Of a stretch of 64,000 nt of DNA, positions 1 through 11,059 are shown one piece after another (position 1 is the first letter of the stretch; each line of letters opens with the position of its first letter). The DNA is taken from the NCBI GenBank assembly GCA_965228895.1, contig OZ245842.1:3488001-3552000 (forward strand), in the 5' to 3' direction. Position numbers and translations under genes: made by a program. This DNA is from Alphaproteobacteria bacterium. GTDB taxonomy: Bacteria; Pseudomonadota; Alphaproteobacteria; SP197. Under the pieces are notes generated by a model. It did no database searches. It was not told the origin of the DNA and saw only the letters and a list, made by a program, of their open reading frames with translations.

Positions 1-454
1 CGTCACGCTGGCAAGCGACGATCCGACGGCGCTGGCGCTGATCAACTCCAACTTCCTGGGCACCGAGAAGGACTGGCGCACCGCGCGCACCAGCCTGGAC
101 ATCGCGCGCAACCTTGCCGCGACGCCCGCCATGCAGCCCTTCATCGCGGCCGAGGCGCTTCCCGGCGCCGCCAAGACGTCGGCCGAAGACCTCGACAACC
201 ACATCCGCAACACCGCGATCACCGTGCACCATCCGCTGGGCACGTGCCGCATGGGTGTCGACGGCGATCCCGGCGCCGTCGTCGACCAGGAGCTCAGAGT
301 CTTCGGCACCGAAGGATTGCGGGTGGTCGATGCCTCGGTCATGCCGCGCCTGACCAGCGGCAACATCAACGCCGCCGTCGTCATGATCGCCGAGCGCGCC
401 GCCGATCTGATCCGCGGGCGCACGCCGTTGGCGCCAGAGCGCCCGGCAGCATGA
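1..454 (+). CDS. GMC oxidoreductase (choline dehydrogenase-like), C-terminal part; 5' end outside window
   Basis: [10 protein letters not shown]...[23 protein letters not shown]...[16 protein letters not shown] is the GMC C-terminal signature. Confidence 0.9.
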   Translation, partial: VTLASDDPTALALINSNFLGTEKDWRTARTSLDIARNLAATPAMQPFIAAEALPGAAKTSAEDLDNHIRNTAITVHHPLGTCRMGVDGDPGAVVDQELRVFGTEGLRVVDASVMPRLTSGNINAAVVMIAERAADLIRGRTPLAPERPAA

Positions 455-1269
455 CCATGAGTCCCCAAGGGCAGACCCAAAACGTCGATTTCGACGCGAC
501 CTATGCCCGAACCCGCGCGCCGGTCATGCGCGCTATCGAAGAACGGGTATGCGGCTGCGACTACGGTGGCAGCAGTTGGACGACCCGGGACGAAGCCGAC
601 GCCATGGTCAAGGCACTCAGCTTGGCACCCGGCATGCGCCTGCTCGATATCGGCGCCGGCGTGGGCTGGCCGGGCATCTATATCAGCGACACCTCGGGTT
701 GTGACACCACCCTGGTCGACATGGCCGGGGTCGGTCTGCGCATCGCCACCGAGCGAATCGCGGCGGATGGCCTGACGGAGAGATGCCGCGCGGTTCTCTG
801 CGATTGCACAGCCATGCCTTTCGCGCCTGCTCGATTCGACGCCGTCTGGCACAGCGATGTCCTATGCTGCCTACCGGACAAAGCCGCGGTGCTAAAGGAT
901 TGCTGTCGGGTCATCCGGCCCGGCGGCCACATGGTCTTCGCTGTGGTCTCGGTGACACCCGGCCTCGGCACAGCCGATCATGCGCGCGCCGTTGCCAGCG
1001 GCACGCAGTTCATCGAGACCCCGGCCGGTTATCACGACATGCTGCGCGACGCAGGCTGGACATTAGAGGAAGATCTGGACCAGACCGACGCCTACATCGC
1101 CACATGCCGCCGCCAAATCGAAGCCGACACGGACAACCAGGACGACCTTGAGGCTCTCTTGGGCGACAAAGCCTACGACGAGCGCGTCACGAAGTGGCGC
1201 GGCTATCTCGACGCGCTGACCGACGGCCTTTTATGCCGTCACCGCTACACGGCCAGGCCGGCGACCTGA
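451..1269 (+). CDS. Class I SAM-dependent methyltransferase
   Basis: [12 protein letters not shown] motif, FDAVW, RVIRPGG; ATG at 451 overlaps the upstream TGA (ATGA). Confidence 0.85.
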   Translation: MTMSPQGQTQNVDFDATYARTRAPVMRAIEERVCGCDYGGSSWTTRDEADAMVKALSLAPGMRLLDIGAGVGWPGIYISDTSGCDTTLVDMAGVGLRIATERIAADGLTERCRAVLCDCTAMPFAPARFDAVWHSDVLCCLPDKAAVLKDCCRVIRPGGHMVFAVVSVTPGLGTADHARAVASGTQFIETPAGYHDMLRDAGWTLEEDLDQTDAYIATCRRQIEADTDNQDDLEALLGDKAYDERVTKWRGYLDALTDGLLCRHRYTARPAT

Positions 1270-1285
1270 CGTCCCTGGAGCCTAA

Positions 1286-2008
1286 TCAGGTTTTTGCTTC
1301 GCCGCGCAGCCGCGATGTGCCGTCGGCGAACTTTCTTCCGATTTCCTGCACAATGCTCGACTCCAGCGCCTCGGCAATCTCACCGCTCCGGCTGACAAAA
1401 CGCCGAAGGTTGTTCGACTCGATAGCGAAAAGACGTGAATCCTCGGTCAAGGTTACGGTGCCGAGCGCCGGCTCGCCGGTCAGGCACACGAACTCGCCAA
1501 CGAACGATCCGGGGCCGAATTGCGAGACAGCGTCGCCGTCGAGCTCTGCCTTCGCCGCGCCCTCGGAGAGATAATAGAGATGACTGACCGGTTCGCCCTG
1601 CGTGGTCAAGACCGTGCCGGCAGGCGCGTTCCGCCACTGACCGAGATCCAGGAGCTTGCGTGCAAGAAACTTGGGCAACCGAATGTGTTTTGCTGCCAAC
1701 AGCGCCTCTTCCTCTTCGTTGAACCTGGCGCGCTGCATGGCGATGTAGAGCCGGGTCAAACCCCAAACACTGATGGCGATCCAAATTGCTTGAATGACCG
1801 CCGACGCCAGATGGAACTGATCGACCAAGCTGACCAAGACGAGACAGGCGCCGATCCCGTTGGCCGCCGGGTAAAGGAAACCGCGCCCGATGATCAGGCC
1901 TAGCTGGAGCGCGGCATAGGCGAGGACGTAGAGAACAACGCCGAGAAGCCCGATCGCATCGTACACCGTGATGTTCTGAAAGAACGCGTCCGCAACACCC
2001 TCATACAT
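1286..2008 (-). CDS. Membrane protein with C-terminal cyclic-nucleotide-binding domain
   Basis: About 3 N-terminal TM helices, then LTTQGEPVSHLYYLSEG...GPGSFVGE cNMP fold. Confidence 0.8.
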   Translation of the reverse strand: MYEGVADAFFQNITVYDAIGLLGVVLYVLAYAALQLGLIIGRGFLYPAANGIGACLVLVSLVDQFHLASAVIQAIWIAISVWGLTRLYIAMQRARFNEEEEALLAAKHIRLPKFLARKLLDLGQWRNAPAGTVLTTQGEPVSHLYYLSEGAAKAELDGDAVSQFGPGSFVGEFVCLTGEPALGTVTLTEDSRLFAIESNNLRRFVSRSGEIAEALESSIVQEIGRKFADGTSRLRGEAKT

Positions 2009-2010
2009 GA

Positions 2011-3060
<1,050 letters not shown>

Positions 3061-3079
3061 GCGTCGTCGCGGGCACGTT

Positions 3080-3721
3080 CTAGTAGAGACCGTCGCGCTC
3101 GTCGGCTTCCAATTCCGCATCGACCTCCTCGGCCGTCTCGTTGAGCTTGCAATGGGCGGCCAGCGCCGCACCCAGGCTCGGCATGCCCGATTTGTCGGGC
3201 CAGCCTTTGGGATCCCACAAACTGGAGCGCACCATACACTTGGCGCAGTGGAACAAGGCGCGCTCGACATGTACGACCATGGCGAACTCCGGCACCTTGC
3301 CCCGCTCGGCCATTGATCGGCGCAGCGCTTCATCGCGCACGATCTGTGCCGTGCCACCGACACGCAGTGTGTCCTTACGGCCGGGCACGATGAAGATGAT
3401 CGATACCTTCGGGTTCTCCAAAACGTTCAGGAACGTATCCATGCGCGCGTTACCGGGCCGGTCGGGGATGGCAAGCGTCTTGGCATCCAGCACTTTCACG
3501 AAACCAGCGGGATCGCCCTTGGGCGAGACATCGACATCGCGCTCGCCCCCGCCCGAGCCGATGACGAAGAATGGCGACTTCTCGATAAAGCCGATACAGA
3601 ACTCATCCAGGTGATCGATCACCTTGGTCACCGCCGCCGGATAGATATCGCCAACGATGGCGCGCAGTTCGGCAGCATTCGTCACCACATCGGCAAAGCG
3701 GCCATTCGACATCTCGTTCAT
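3080..3721 (-). CDS. FMN-binding pyridoxamine 5'-phosphate oxidase-like protein (MSMEG_1061 type)
   Basis: DVSPKGDPAGFV, IPDRPGN, HCAKCMVRS-LW motifs. Confidence 0.85.
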   Translation of the reverse strand: MNEMSNGRFADVVTNAAELRAIVGDIYPAAVTKVIDHLDEFCIGFIEKSPFFVIGSGGGERDVDVSPKGDPAGFVKVLDAKTLAIPDRPGNARMDTFLNVLENPKVSIIFIVPGRKDTLRVGGTAQIVRDEALRRSMAERGKVPEFAMVVHVERALFHCAKCMVRSSLWDPKGWPDKSGMPSLGAALAAHCKLNETAEEVDAELEADERDGLY

Positions 3722-3749
3722 TGCACCTCTCCTTCTTGATGATCGGGGG

Positions 3750-4127
3750 CTACGACGAATCGCCGGCGTCGACGCCGAAGCACAGGAGGTTGCCGTCGGG
3801 GTCCTTTATCTCGAACTCGCGCATGCCATAGACCGTCACCTCTGGCGCGCGGGTCACGGTCGCGCCGGCCGCGCTGACGGCCTCATGCAGCGCATCGACA
3901 TCGTCGACGTGGATGTAGGCATCCCAGCCGCCCGGCGACGGCGGCGGTCCGCCATCCCACGCATTGACGAAAACCGTCGCGCGGTCGCGCGCGAAGATGC
4001 CGAAGCGCGGGGGCTCGCCGCCCTCCTCCACGATCTGGAAACCCAGCACGTCAGTGAAGAACGCGCGGCTCCTATCATAGTCCGTCGAGCGCAGGACGGG
4101 CGTCGAACTCTGAAACGTCACCATCAA
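3750..4127 (-). CDS. VOC/glyoxalase/bleomycin-resistance family protein
   Basis: FFTDVLGF, YGMREFEIKDPDGN. Confidence 0.9.
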   Translation of the reverse strand: MMVTFQSSTPVLRSTDYDRSRAFFTDVLGFQIVEEGGEPPRFGIFARDRATVFVNAWDGGPPPSPGGWDAYIHVDDVDALHEAVSAAGATVTRAPEVTVYGMREFEIKDPDGNLLCFGVDAGDSS

Positions 4128-4148
4128 ACTCTCCCTTCGACGTGATTG

Positions 4149-5135
4149 TCAGCCCCACAGTTCAGGCGGTGCGGGATGCATGGTATTATCGTCGAACCGG
4201 ATGCCCGGTTCGCGGTCTTCCTTCATCAGCAACGGCCCATCCAGGTCGACGACAGCCGCACCCTGGGCAACCAGCATGGCTGGCGCCATGGCCAGTGATG
4301 TCGCAACCATGCAACCAACCATAATGGACATGCCCGCGTCCTGGGCCGCGCGGCGCAAGTCGAGCGCGCCGGTCAGACCGCCGGTCTTGTCGAGCTTGAT
4401 GTTCACCATGCCGTACCGATCCGTCAGCTCCGCGACCGTGTCGGCCCCATGGCAGGACTCGTCCGCGCACAACACGATGGGACAATCCAAACCGACTAGC
4501 CCGCCATCGTCGCCGGCCGGCAACGGCTGCTCGATCATCTCGACGCCCAATGCCTTCAGCTCATCACCAATCGCTATCAGCAGATCGATCGACCACGCCT
4601 CGTTGGCATCGACCACCAGGCGGCTATCCGGGGCACCCTGGCGCACGGCCTGAAGCCTCGCCAGCACATCCTCGCCGTCCAGCTTGACCTTCAGCAGCGG
4701 CCGGTGGGCCGCTTCGGCCGCCGCCTGCCCCATCGCCTCGGGCGTGTCGATGCTCAGCGTGTAGGCGGTGGTCAGCGCGCCGGGCTGCGCAAGACCGGCG
4801 CGTTGCCACACCGGCTGGCCGGTCATCTTGGCTTCCAGATCCCACAGCGCGCAGTCCAGCGCATTCAGGGCGGCGCCCGGCGGCAACATGGATTGAACCG
4901 CTGTGCGCGACGCTCCGGATTCTATCTCACCGCGCACCTGTTCCAGATCGGCCAGACTCGACTCGATGGTCTGGTCGTAGCGGGCATAGGGCACGGCCTC
5001 GCCCCAACCGCGTGCGCCGTCCTCCGTGATCTCGACAACAATGACCTTGGCTTCCGTCTTCGCGCCGCGGGAAATCCGAAAGACCTGGGCGAGCGGCCAT
5101 GACTCCGCCCGCGCCTCGACCTTGCGCACGGTCAC
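4149..5135 (-). CDS. dgcA: N-acetyl-D-Glu racemase / dipeptide epimerase (enolase superfamily)
   Basis: FRISRGAKT, LKVKL, DANEAW, EQP, DES, NIKLDKTGG, DLDG; GTG start overlaps the dgcN stop. Confidence 0.88.
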   Translation of the reverse strand: MTVRKVEARAESWPLAQVFRISRGAKTEAKVIVVEITEDGARGWGEAVPYARYDQTIESSLADLEQVRGEIESGASRTAVQSMLPPGAALNALDCALWDLEAKMTGQPVWQRAGLAQPGALTTAYTLSIDTPEAMGQAAAEAAHRPLLKVKLDGEDVLARLQAVRQGAPDSRLVVDANEAWSIDLLIAIGDELKALGVEMIEQPLPAGDDGGLVGLDCPIVLCADESCHGADTVAELTDRYGMVNIKLDKTGGLTGALDLRRAAQDAGMSIMVGCMVATSLAMAPAMLVAQGAAVVDLDGPLLMKEDREPGIRFDDNTMHPAPPELWG

Positions 5136-6139
5136 ATCTTCTGCAGTTCGTCGACAATCGACCCGACGCCGGTGCGCAACGGATCGACGCACGGCATGCC
5201 CAACCGCTTGCCGGTTGCCTCCATGTAGGCCATCGCCTCGTCCTGCTTCATGTCGAAGCTGTTGATGGCGATGCCGATGACCTTGGCTGCCGGATTGGTC
5301 AGGTGCGCGGCGCGCTCGTTGGCTTCGATGCACTCCTCAAGCGACGGCAGCGCGCGGCCGGGAATGCCGCGCATGTGTTCGCGCACGGGCTCGTGACACA
5401 TGACCAGCGCGTCGGGCTGCGCGCCATGTAGCAGGCCCAAGCTGACACCCGCGAACGACGGATGGAACAGAGAGCCTTGACCTTCGACGACGTCCCAATG
5501 GTCAGGCTTGTTCTCCGGCGTCAGCCACTCGGTGGCGCCGGCGATGAAGTCGGCAACCACCGCATCGATCGCCACGCCCTCACCGACGATGAAGATGCCG
5601 GATTGGCCGGTCGCCCGGAATGTCGCGTTCATGTTGCGCGCCAGCATTTCTTTTTCCAGCGCCAGCGAGGTGAACATTTTGCCCAGCGAACAATCGGTGC
5701 CGACGGTCAAGACGCGTTTGCCTTCGCGTTTGTAGCCTTTGCCGACCTTGAACTCCTGGGCCGGCTGACGCACGTCGAACAAATGCCGCCCGTTCGCCCG
5801 AGCCGCCTCGGCGATCTTCGGGATATCCGCCATGCGGCTGTGCATGCCCGCCATGACGTCAAGCCCGGCTTCCAGGGCCTCGACAATCGTACCGGTCCAG
5901 CCATCGGGAATGAAACCGCCGGCATTGGCGACACCCAGCACCATGGTCTTGCACCCGGCCTCGATCGCCTCGCGCGGTGTCATGTCGGGGATGTCCAAGT
6001 CCTGGTTGCAGCCTTCCAGACGCAACTGCGCGACAGCCTTTTCCGGACGCCAGATCTTGACGCCGGTACATCCTTTGATCGAGAGCAGATCCTGTGCGTC
6101 GCCCAAAAAAAGTAGATAGGGCGCTTCCGCCTTTAGCAT
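5132..6139 (-). CDS. dgcN: D-glutamate N-acetyltransferase (DUF1611 family)
   Basis: PYLLFLGD, TVGTDCSLGKM, ATGQSGI, DAVVADF, EGQGSLFHP, LLHGAQPD; paired with dgcA. Confidence 0.88.
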   Translation of the reverse strand: MLKAEAPYLLFLGDAQDLLSIKGCTGVKIWRPEKAVAQLRLEGCNQDLDIPDMTPREAIEAGCKTMVLGVANAGGFIPDGWTGTIVEALEAGLDVMAGMHSRMADIPKIAEAARANGRHLFDVRQPAQEFKVGKGYKREGKRVLTVGTDCSLGKMFTSLALEKEMLARNMNATFRATGQSGIFIVGEGVAIDAVVADFIAGATEWLTPENKPDHWDVVEGQGSLFHPSFAGVSLGLLHGAQPDALVMCHEPVREHMRGIPGRALPSLEECIEANERAAHLTNPAAKVIGIAINSFDMKQDEAMAYMEATGKRLGMPCVDPLRTGVGSIVDELQKM

Positions 6140-6444
6140 ATGTGTCGTCCCCTCTTCATACGATGCCAGCTCGCCTGGTCATCTTTGTTTGCAGCGCAGC
6201 ATAAACAAATTGTGGCGCAATGCCACGCTGTCAGCCGGAGCGATGTCATGCCATTTGTCGGCCCGGCAGGCAAATTTGACCGCACCCAATCGGAACTGCA
6301 TAGTTTTGGCCGGGTACGCAGTCGAGCGCGTAACAATCTGTCCGCCATGGTTTTTGGAGACAGGTAGATCGAATCACGGACCAACAAAGACCCGACGGGT
6401 TTGGCGGGTCGCCAACGTTCGAGATAACTGGGAGGAGGAGTGTT

Positions 6445-7407
6445 ATGAGGTTCAAATGCCTGACGATGTTGGGGGCTGCGGCGGTACTCGCAGCAGGCAC
6501 CCTGGCGACACCGGCAAAGGCGCAGCAGGATCTTCTGATCGGCGGCGGTTCGGTGACCGGCGTCTACTATCAGGTGGCGCTGCAGGTCTGTAACCTGATC
6601 AACAAGCACAGCGACGGAAACTATAACTGTGTCGGCCGTCCCGCGCTGGGTTCGGTGTTCAACATCAATGCCGTCAACCGCGGCCTGCTTGACTTCGGCG
6701 TCGCGCAATCCGACCGGAACTGGCAAGCCGCCAACGGCGCGGCCGATTGGGACGGCGCCCCGGTTGAGGCGCTAAGGAGCGTTTTTTCGGTGCATCCCGA
6801 AACCGTGCTGCTGGTGACGCGCGATGACGCCGGCATCAACTCGGTCGATGACCTGGTGGGCCATCCGGTCAACATCGGCAATCCCGGTTCCGGCCAGCGC
6901 GGCAATGCCGAAGACGTGCTGCGTATCTATGGCATCGACATGAACAACGACATCGACGCGCAAGGCCTGCAGCAGAGCGAAGCCTCGCGCGCGTTGATCG
7001 ATAAGAAGATCGACGCGTTCTTCTATACCGTCGGCAATCCCGCCGCGGCCATCGAAGAGCCGGCGAACTCGACCGATATCGAGGTCGTGTCGATCAATTC
7101 CGATGCGATTCGTGAGTTCATCGCTGACAAGCCCTACTACGTTATGGCTACGCTTCCGGCCGGCACCTACAAGGGCATGGACGAGCCGGCAGAGACCTAT
7201 GCGGTCAAGGCCACCGTCGTTGCCAGCGATATGCTGGGTGAAGACGTCGTCTACGAAGTCGTCAAGATCGTCTTTGAGAACCTGGACGAGCTGAAGGCGT
7301 CGCACGCCGCCTTCGCCAACCTGACGCCGGAAGAGATGTTGCAGGGCCTTTCCGCGCCCATGCATCCCGGTGCCGTAAAGTACTATACGGAACAAGGCTG
7401 GATGTAA
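6445..7407 (+). CDS. TAXI-family TRAP solute-binding protein
   Basis: Signal peptide; GGGSVTGVYY, GSVFNIN, QSD, GNPGSG, PMHPGA. Confidence 0.93.
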   Translation: MRFKCLTMLGAAAVLAAGTLATPAKAQQDLLIGGGSVTGVYYQVALQVCNLINKHSDGNYNCVGRPALGSVFNINAVNRGLLDFGVAQSDRNWQAANGAADWDGAPVEALRSVFSVHPETVLLVTRDDAGINSVDDLVGHPVNIGNPGSGQRGNAEDVLRIYGIDMNNDIDAQGLQQSEASRALIDKKIDAFFYTVGNPAAAIEEPANSTDIEVVSINSDAIREFIADKPYYVMATLPAGTYKGMDEPAETYAVKATVVASDMLGEDVVYEVVKIVFENLDELKASHAAFANLTPEEMLQGLSAPMHPGAVKYYTEQGWM

Positions 7408-7517
7408 GTCCAAGCTGATTGTTACCGGTCGTGCGGGGGCGGCACACGTGCCGTCCCCCACGCCTTTCTCGACAAGAATAACGCGACAACGCGACGACGT
7501 TAGCTGGGGGAACGTGG

Positions 7518-9959
7518 ATGGCGGAGAACAAGGGTGACGCCGCGGCGAGCGCAGCGTCGGGACATCAGGCCGCCGAAGACATTGTCACCGAGGTAGAGAG
7601 CGGCCCGCGCCATCCAGACAGCCGGTTCTGGCGTGTCGTCATCGTCGTTCTGTGCCTGTCCTGGTCCGGTTTCCAGCTTTACATCGCCGACAACCCGTTT
7701 GATTCCTGGCAGGCGCGTTCGATTCATCTGGCGTTCGCGCTGACGCTCGCCTTCCTCGCCTACCCGGCCTTCAAGCAGAACTCGCCGTCACGCCTGTTCC
7801 GCGCGCTCGGTCACGGCATCCCGTCACGGGGCAAGGAACGCCACGGTTTCGTGCTGCTCTATGATCTGCTGTTCGGCGCGATCCTGATCGCCTTTGGCAT
7901 CTGGACGCTGGACGGCTTGTCGTTGCTGGACGGCGACCTCGAGATGATGGGTGGATCGGCCTATGCCTTCGTGCCGCTGCTGGGCGCCATTGTCGCGCTG
8001 GTCGAAGGCGCGCGCCGTGTCATCGCCATCCTCAACCGATTCGTACCGATCGTGCCGAAGGGCATGGCTGACCGGATAATCTGCGGCCACGACGAGACCG
8101 TCTCAAACCGCAACGTCATTCCGGTCTACGACATCATCCTGGCGGTGCTCGCGGCGCTGTCGGCGCTCTTTATCGTCTTCGATTATCAGGGCCTGATCAT
8201 GCGCCAGGGCCTGCCCCTGCAGTTCGACGTGTGGGTCGGCGTTACCTGCGTTGTCCTGCTGCTGGAGGCCGCGCGCCGCGCGCTGGGTCCCGCGCTCGCC
8301 GTGCTCGCGATCATCTTCCTGGTCTACCTCTTCGTCGGCCCCTACATGCCGGAGATCATCCGCCATCGCGGCCTGCCGCTCGACTTCGCGGTCAACGATA
8401 TCTACTTGTCGACCTCCGGCATCTTCGGCGTGCCGTTGGGCGTGTCGACCAGCATCATCTTCCTGTTCGTGCTGTTCGGCGCGCTCTTGGAGCGCGCGGG
8501 CGCCGGCCAGTTCTTTATCGATGTGGCGTTCGCCGCCTTCGGCCGCTTCCGTGGCGGTGCCGCCAAGGCTGCTATCGTTGCTTCGGGCATGACCGGCCTT
8601 TACTCCGGCTCCTCGGTCGCCAACACGGTGACCACCGGCACCTTCACCATTCCGCTGATGAAGAAAGTCGGCCTGCCGCCGCACAAGGCCGGCGCGGTCG
8701 AGGTTGCGGCCTCGACCAACGGCCAGTTGATGCCGCCGGTCATGGGTGCCGCCGCCTTCATCATGGCCGAGATCATCGGCATTCCCTATCTGGACGTCGT
8801 GCGCGCCGCCATTATCCCGGCGGTCGTTTCCTACCTCGCACTCTTCTATGTTGTGCACCTCGAAGCCTTGAAGCTCGATATCCGCGCCCTCTCAAAGGAC
8901 GATCTGCCGAAGTTCCTGAAGACCTTCCTGCGCGGCATGCATTACCTGATCCCGATCGCCGTGCTCTTTTTCTTCCTGCTCTATCTGCGCCGCTCACCCA
9001 TCCTCTCCGCGCTCTACGCGATTGAGGCGATGGTCGTGATCATGCTGATCCAGCGCCCGATCATCGCGTCGATCGCCGTTGGTATCGCGCGCAAGCACGG
9101 CGAAGCCATCGACGCGGGTGCACTCTACAAACAGGCGTTTATCGAGGGTTTGGTCGATATCTGGGAAGGCTTGATTGCCGGCGCCCGCAACATGATCTCG
9201 ATTGCCATCGCGACCGCCGCCGCCGGCATCATCGTCGGCGTCGTGCAATCGACCGGCCTGGTCGGACGTTTCGTCGGCCTGATCGAGGTCATCAGTTTCG
9301 GCAACATCTACCTGGTGCTCGTCCTGACCGCGATCATCTGCATGATCCTGGGCATGGGCCTGCCGACAACGGCGAACTACATCTTGATGGCGTCCTTGAC
9401 GGCGCCGGTCATCGTCACCTTGGGCGGCGAAGCCGGCTGGCTCTTCCCGCTCATCGCGGTCCACCTCTTCGTCTTTTACTTCGGCATCCTGGCGGACGAC
9501 ACGCCACCGGTGGGTCTTGCCGCCTATGCGGCGGCGGCCATAGCACGCACCGACCCGATAAAAACGGGTATCCAGGGTTTTACCTATGATATGCGGACGG
9601 CGATCCTGCCGTTCGTCTTCATCTTCAACACCGAACTCTTGATGATCGCGGGGCTGGATGCCCAAGGCGAGGTCATCTGGATCAACGACGTCCTGAAGCT
9701 CGCCTTTGTCTTCATCGCCGCGCTCGTGGCCATGTTCTCGTTCGCCGCCGGCGTGCAAGGCTGGTTCGCCAAGAAACTCAACGTCTTCGGCCGGCTCTTC
9801 ATGTTTGCGATGTGCGTTGTGCTCTTCCTGCCGCGCCTCATCGCCGATCCGATCGGCGTGCCGCACGAAATTATCCAGATCGTGGTCATGCTGATCTTCG
9901 CCGCCTTCTATGCCTGGCAGAAGATGAGCATGCGACGCGCCCAGACGGGAGAAGCCTGA
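7518..9959 (+). CDS. TRAP fused permease (4TM/12TM DctQM)
   Basis: SGSSVANTVTTGTFTIPLM, GQLMPPVMGAAAF, LGMGLPTTANY, ADDTPPVGLAA. Confidence 0.93.
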   Translation: MAENKGDAAASAASGHQAAEDIVTEVESGPRHPDSRFWRVVIVVLCLSWSGFQLYIADNPFDSWQARSIHLAFALTLAFLAYPAFKQNSPSRLFRALGHGIPSRGKERHGFVLLYDLLFGAILIAFGIWTLDGLSLLDGDLEMMGGSAYAFVPLLGAIVALVEGARRVIAILNRFVPIVPKGMADRIICGHDETVSNRNVIPVYDIILAVLAALSALFIVFDYQGLIMRQGLPLQFDVWVGVTCVVLLLEAARRALGPALAVLAIIFLVYLFVGPYMPEIIRHRGLPLDFAVNDIYLSTSGIFGVPLGVSTSIIFLFVLFGALLERAGAGQFFIDVAFAAFGRFRGGAAKAAIVASGMTGLYSGSSVANTVTTGTFTIPLMKKVGLPPHKAGAVEVAASTNGQLMPPVMGAAAFIMAEIIGIPYLDVVRAAIIPAVVSYLALFYVVHLEALKLDIRALSKDDLPKFLKTFLRGMHYLIPIAVLFFFLLYLRRSPILSALYAIEAMVVIMLIQRPIIASIAVGIARKHGEAIDAGALYKQAFIEGLVDIWEGLIAGARNMISIAIATAAAGIIVGVVQSTGLVGRFVGLIEVISFGNIYLVLVLTAIICMILGMGLPTTANYILMASLTAPVIVTLGGEAGWLFPLIAVHLFVFYFGILADDTPPVGLAAYAAAAIARTDPIKTGIQGFTYDMRTAILPFVFIFNTELLMIAGLDAQGEVIWINDVLKLAFVFIAALVAMFSFAAGVQGWFAKKLNVFGRLFMFAMCVVLFLPRLIADPIGVPHEIIQIVVMLIFAAFYAWQKMSMRRAQTGEA

Positions 9960-10387
9960 TGTTCAAGAAAATTCTTGTCGCCGTCGACATGGCCGATACG
10001 ACGAGCCCGCACCTGGCGTTGGAAGCGGCACTGGACATGGCGCGCAAATTCGACGGGCGCATCCATTTGATCACCGTCGTGCCGGGTTTCGGCGAATCCG
10101 TCGTCGGCCAATACTTTGCTGCGGACGCCGAAAAGAAGGCAGTCGAGGAGACCCATCAGCAACTTCACGCCTTTGCCGAAGAACACATCGATGAGGCCTT
10201 GCGCGACACCTGCGTCGTCGGCAACGGCAGCATCTATCAAGAGATCCTGGACGCCGCCGACCGGCTGGAGGTCGACCTGATTGTCATCGGCAGCCATCGC
10301 CCGGCCATGAAGGACTACCTGGTCGGCCCCAACGCCGCCCGCGTCGTGCGCCACGCCGAGACCAACGTGCTGGTGGTGCGGTACTAG
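9959..10387 (+). CDS. Universal stress protein (TeaD-like, TRAP-associated)
   Basis: MFKKILVAVD...DLIVIGSH...LVGPNAARVVRHA..NVLVVR; translationally coupled to the permease. Confidence 0.92.
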   Translation: MFKKILVAVDMADTTSPHLALEAALDMARKFDGRIHLITVVPGFGESVVGQYFAADAEKKAVEETHQQLHAFAEEHIDEALRDTCVVGNGSIYQEILDAADRLEVDLIVIGSHRPAMKDYLVGPNAARVVRHAETNVLVVRY

Positions 10388-10410
10388 GGCGCCTCCTCAA
10401 CCTCCACCGC

Positions 10411-10500
10411 GCCCCGGCCACCGAGCCGTGGCCCATGAACATCGAAGACGTCACAACAGGCTCGGCCCGTGTGCCTGGATCCCGGGTCAAGCCCGGGATT
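10411..10500. repeat. Degenerate alphaproteobacterial REP-like palindrome pair
   Basis: atcccgggt-caa-gcccgggat hairpin (10479-10499) plus a partner gccccggccaccgagccgtggcccat, between convergent genes. Confidence 0.55.
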
Positions 10501-10531
10501 CCCTATTGAATGTGAGGCGTCAGGCCGACCG

Positions 10532-10822
10532 TCAGCCGCCGCCGGCGCGCATCATGTGCTTGGCAAGTTCTGCCTGGAATTCGGCGGCTTCATCTTCCGA
10601 ACAGCCGGAGCACACGCACTCCACATGGGTCATGGGCAGATTGAGCGAGCCGAGCTTGCGATCGCCTTCATAAGCCAGCGAGATGACAAATTGCTTGTCG
10701 CCGTCGCGCACGGTGATTTCGTCGCCCTTGACCTCGAAATCGCGGTGCCCGAGCGCCGAGATCATCTCCCGAAGACATTCGTCCAACGTGCCTTGAATAT
10801 CGTGGGTCTGCGTGAACGCCAT
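10532..10822 (-). CDS. Small hypothetical protein
   Basis: 96 aa, GAGGAG RBS upstream, host-like codon usage, ends MMRAGGG. Confidence 0.7.
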   Translation of the reverse strand: MAFTQTHDIQGTLDECLREMISALGHRDFEVKGDEITVRDGDKQFVISLAYEGDRKLGSLNLPMTHVECVCSGCSEDEAAEFQAELAKHMMRAGGG

Positions 10823-11059
10823 CCTTGCTCCTCCTCAATCAACGTCTTGTTGGCCCCGCTCGAGCGAGCATGCTTGAGCCTAGAGCCCCAAGCGCAGCAC
10901 GCCAACTCGTTTTCGGCTGAGCCGACGAGCCGCCGGGAAGAAGACGGCACGACACAGCGTACAGCCACCCCCTTTACACGCATGGTAGACAGTTTCATAC
11001 ACCTATGGTTGCTGTTATGATCTGTAGATTCGGATCTTCATCGATGAAAGATCAGCGCA

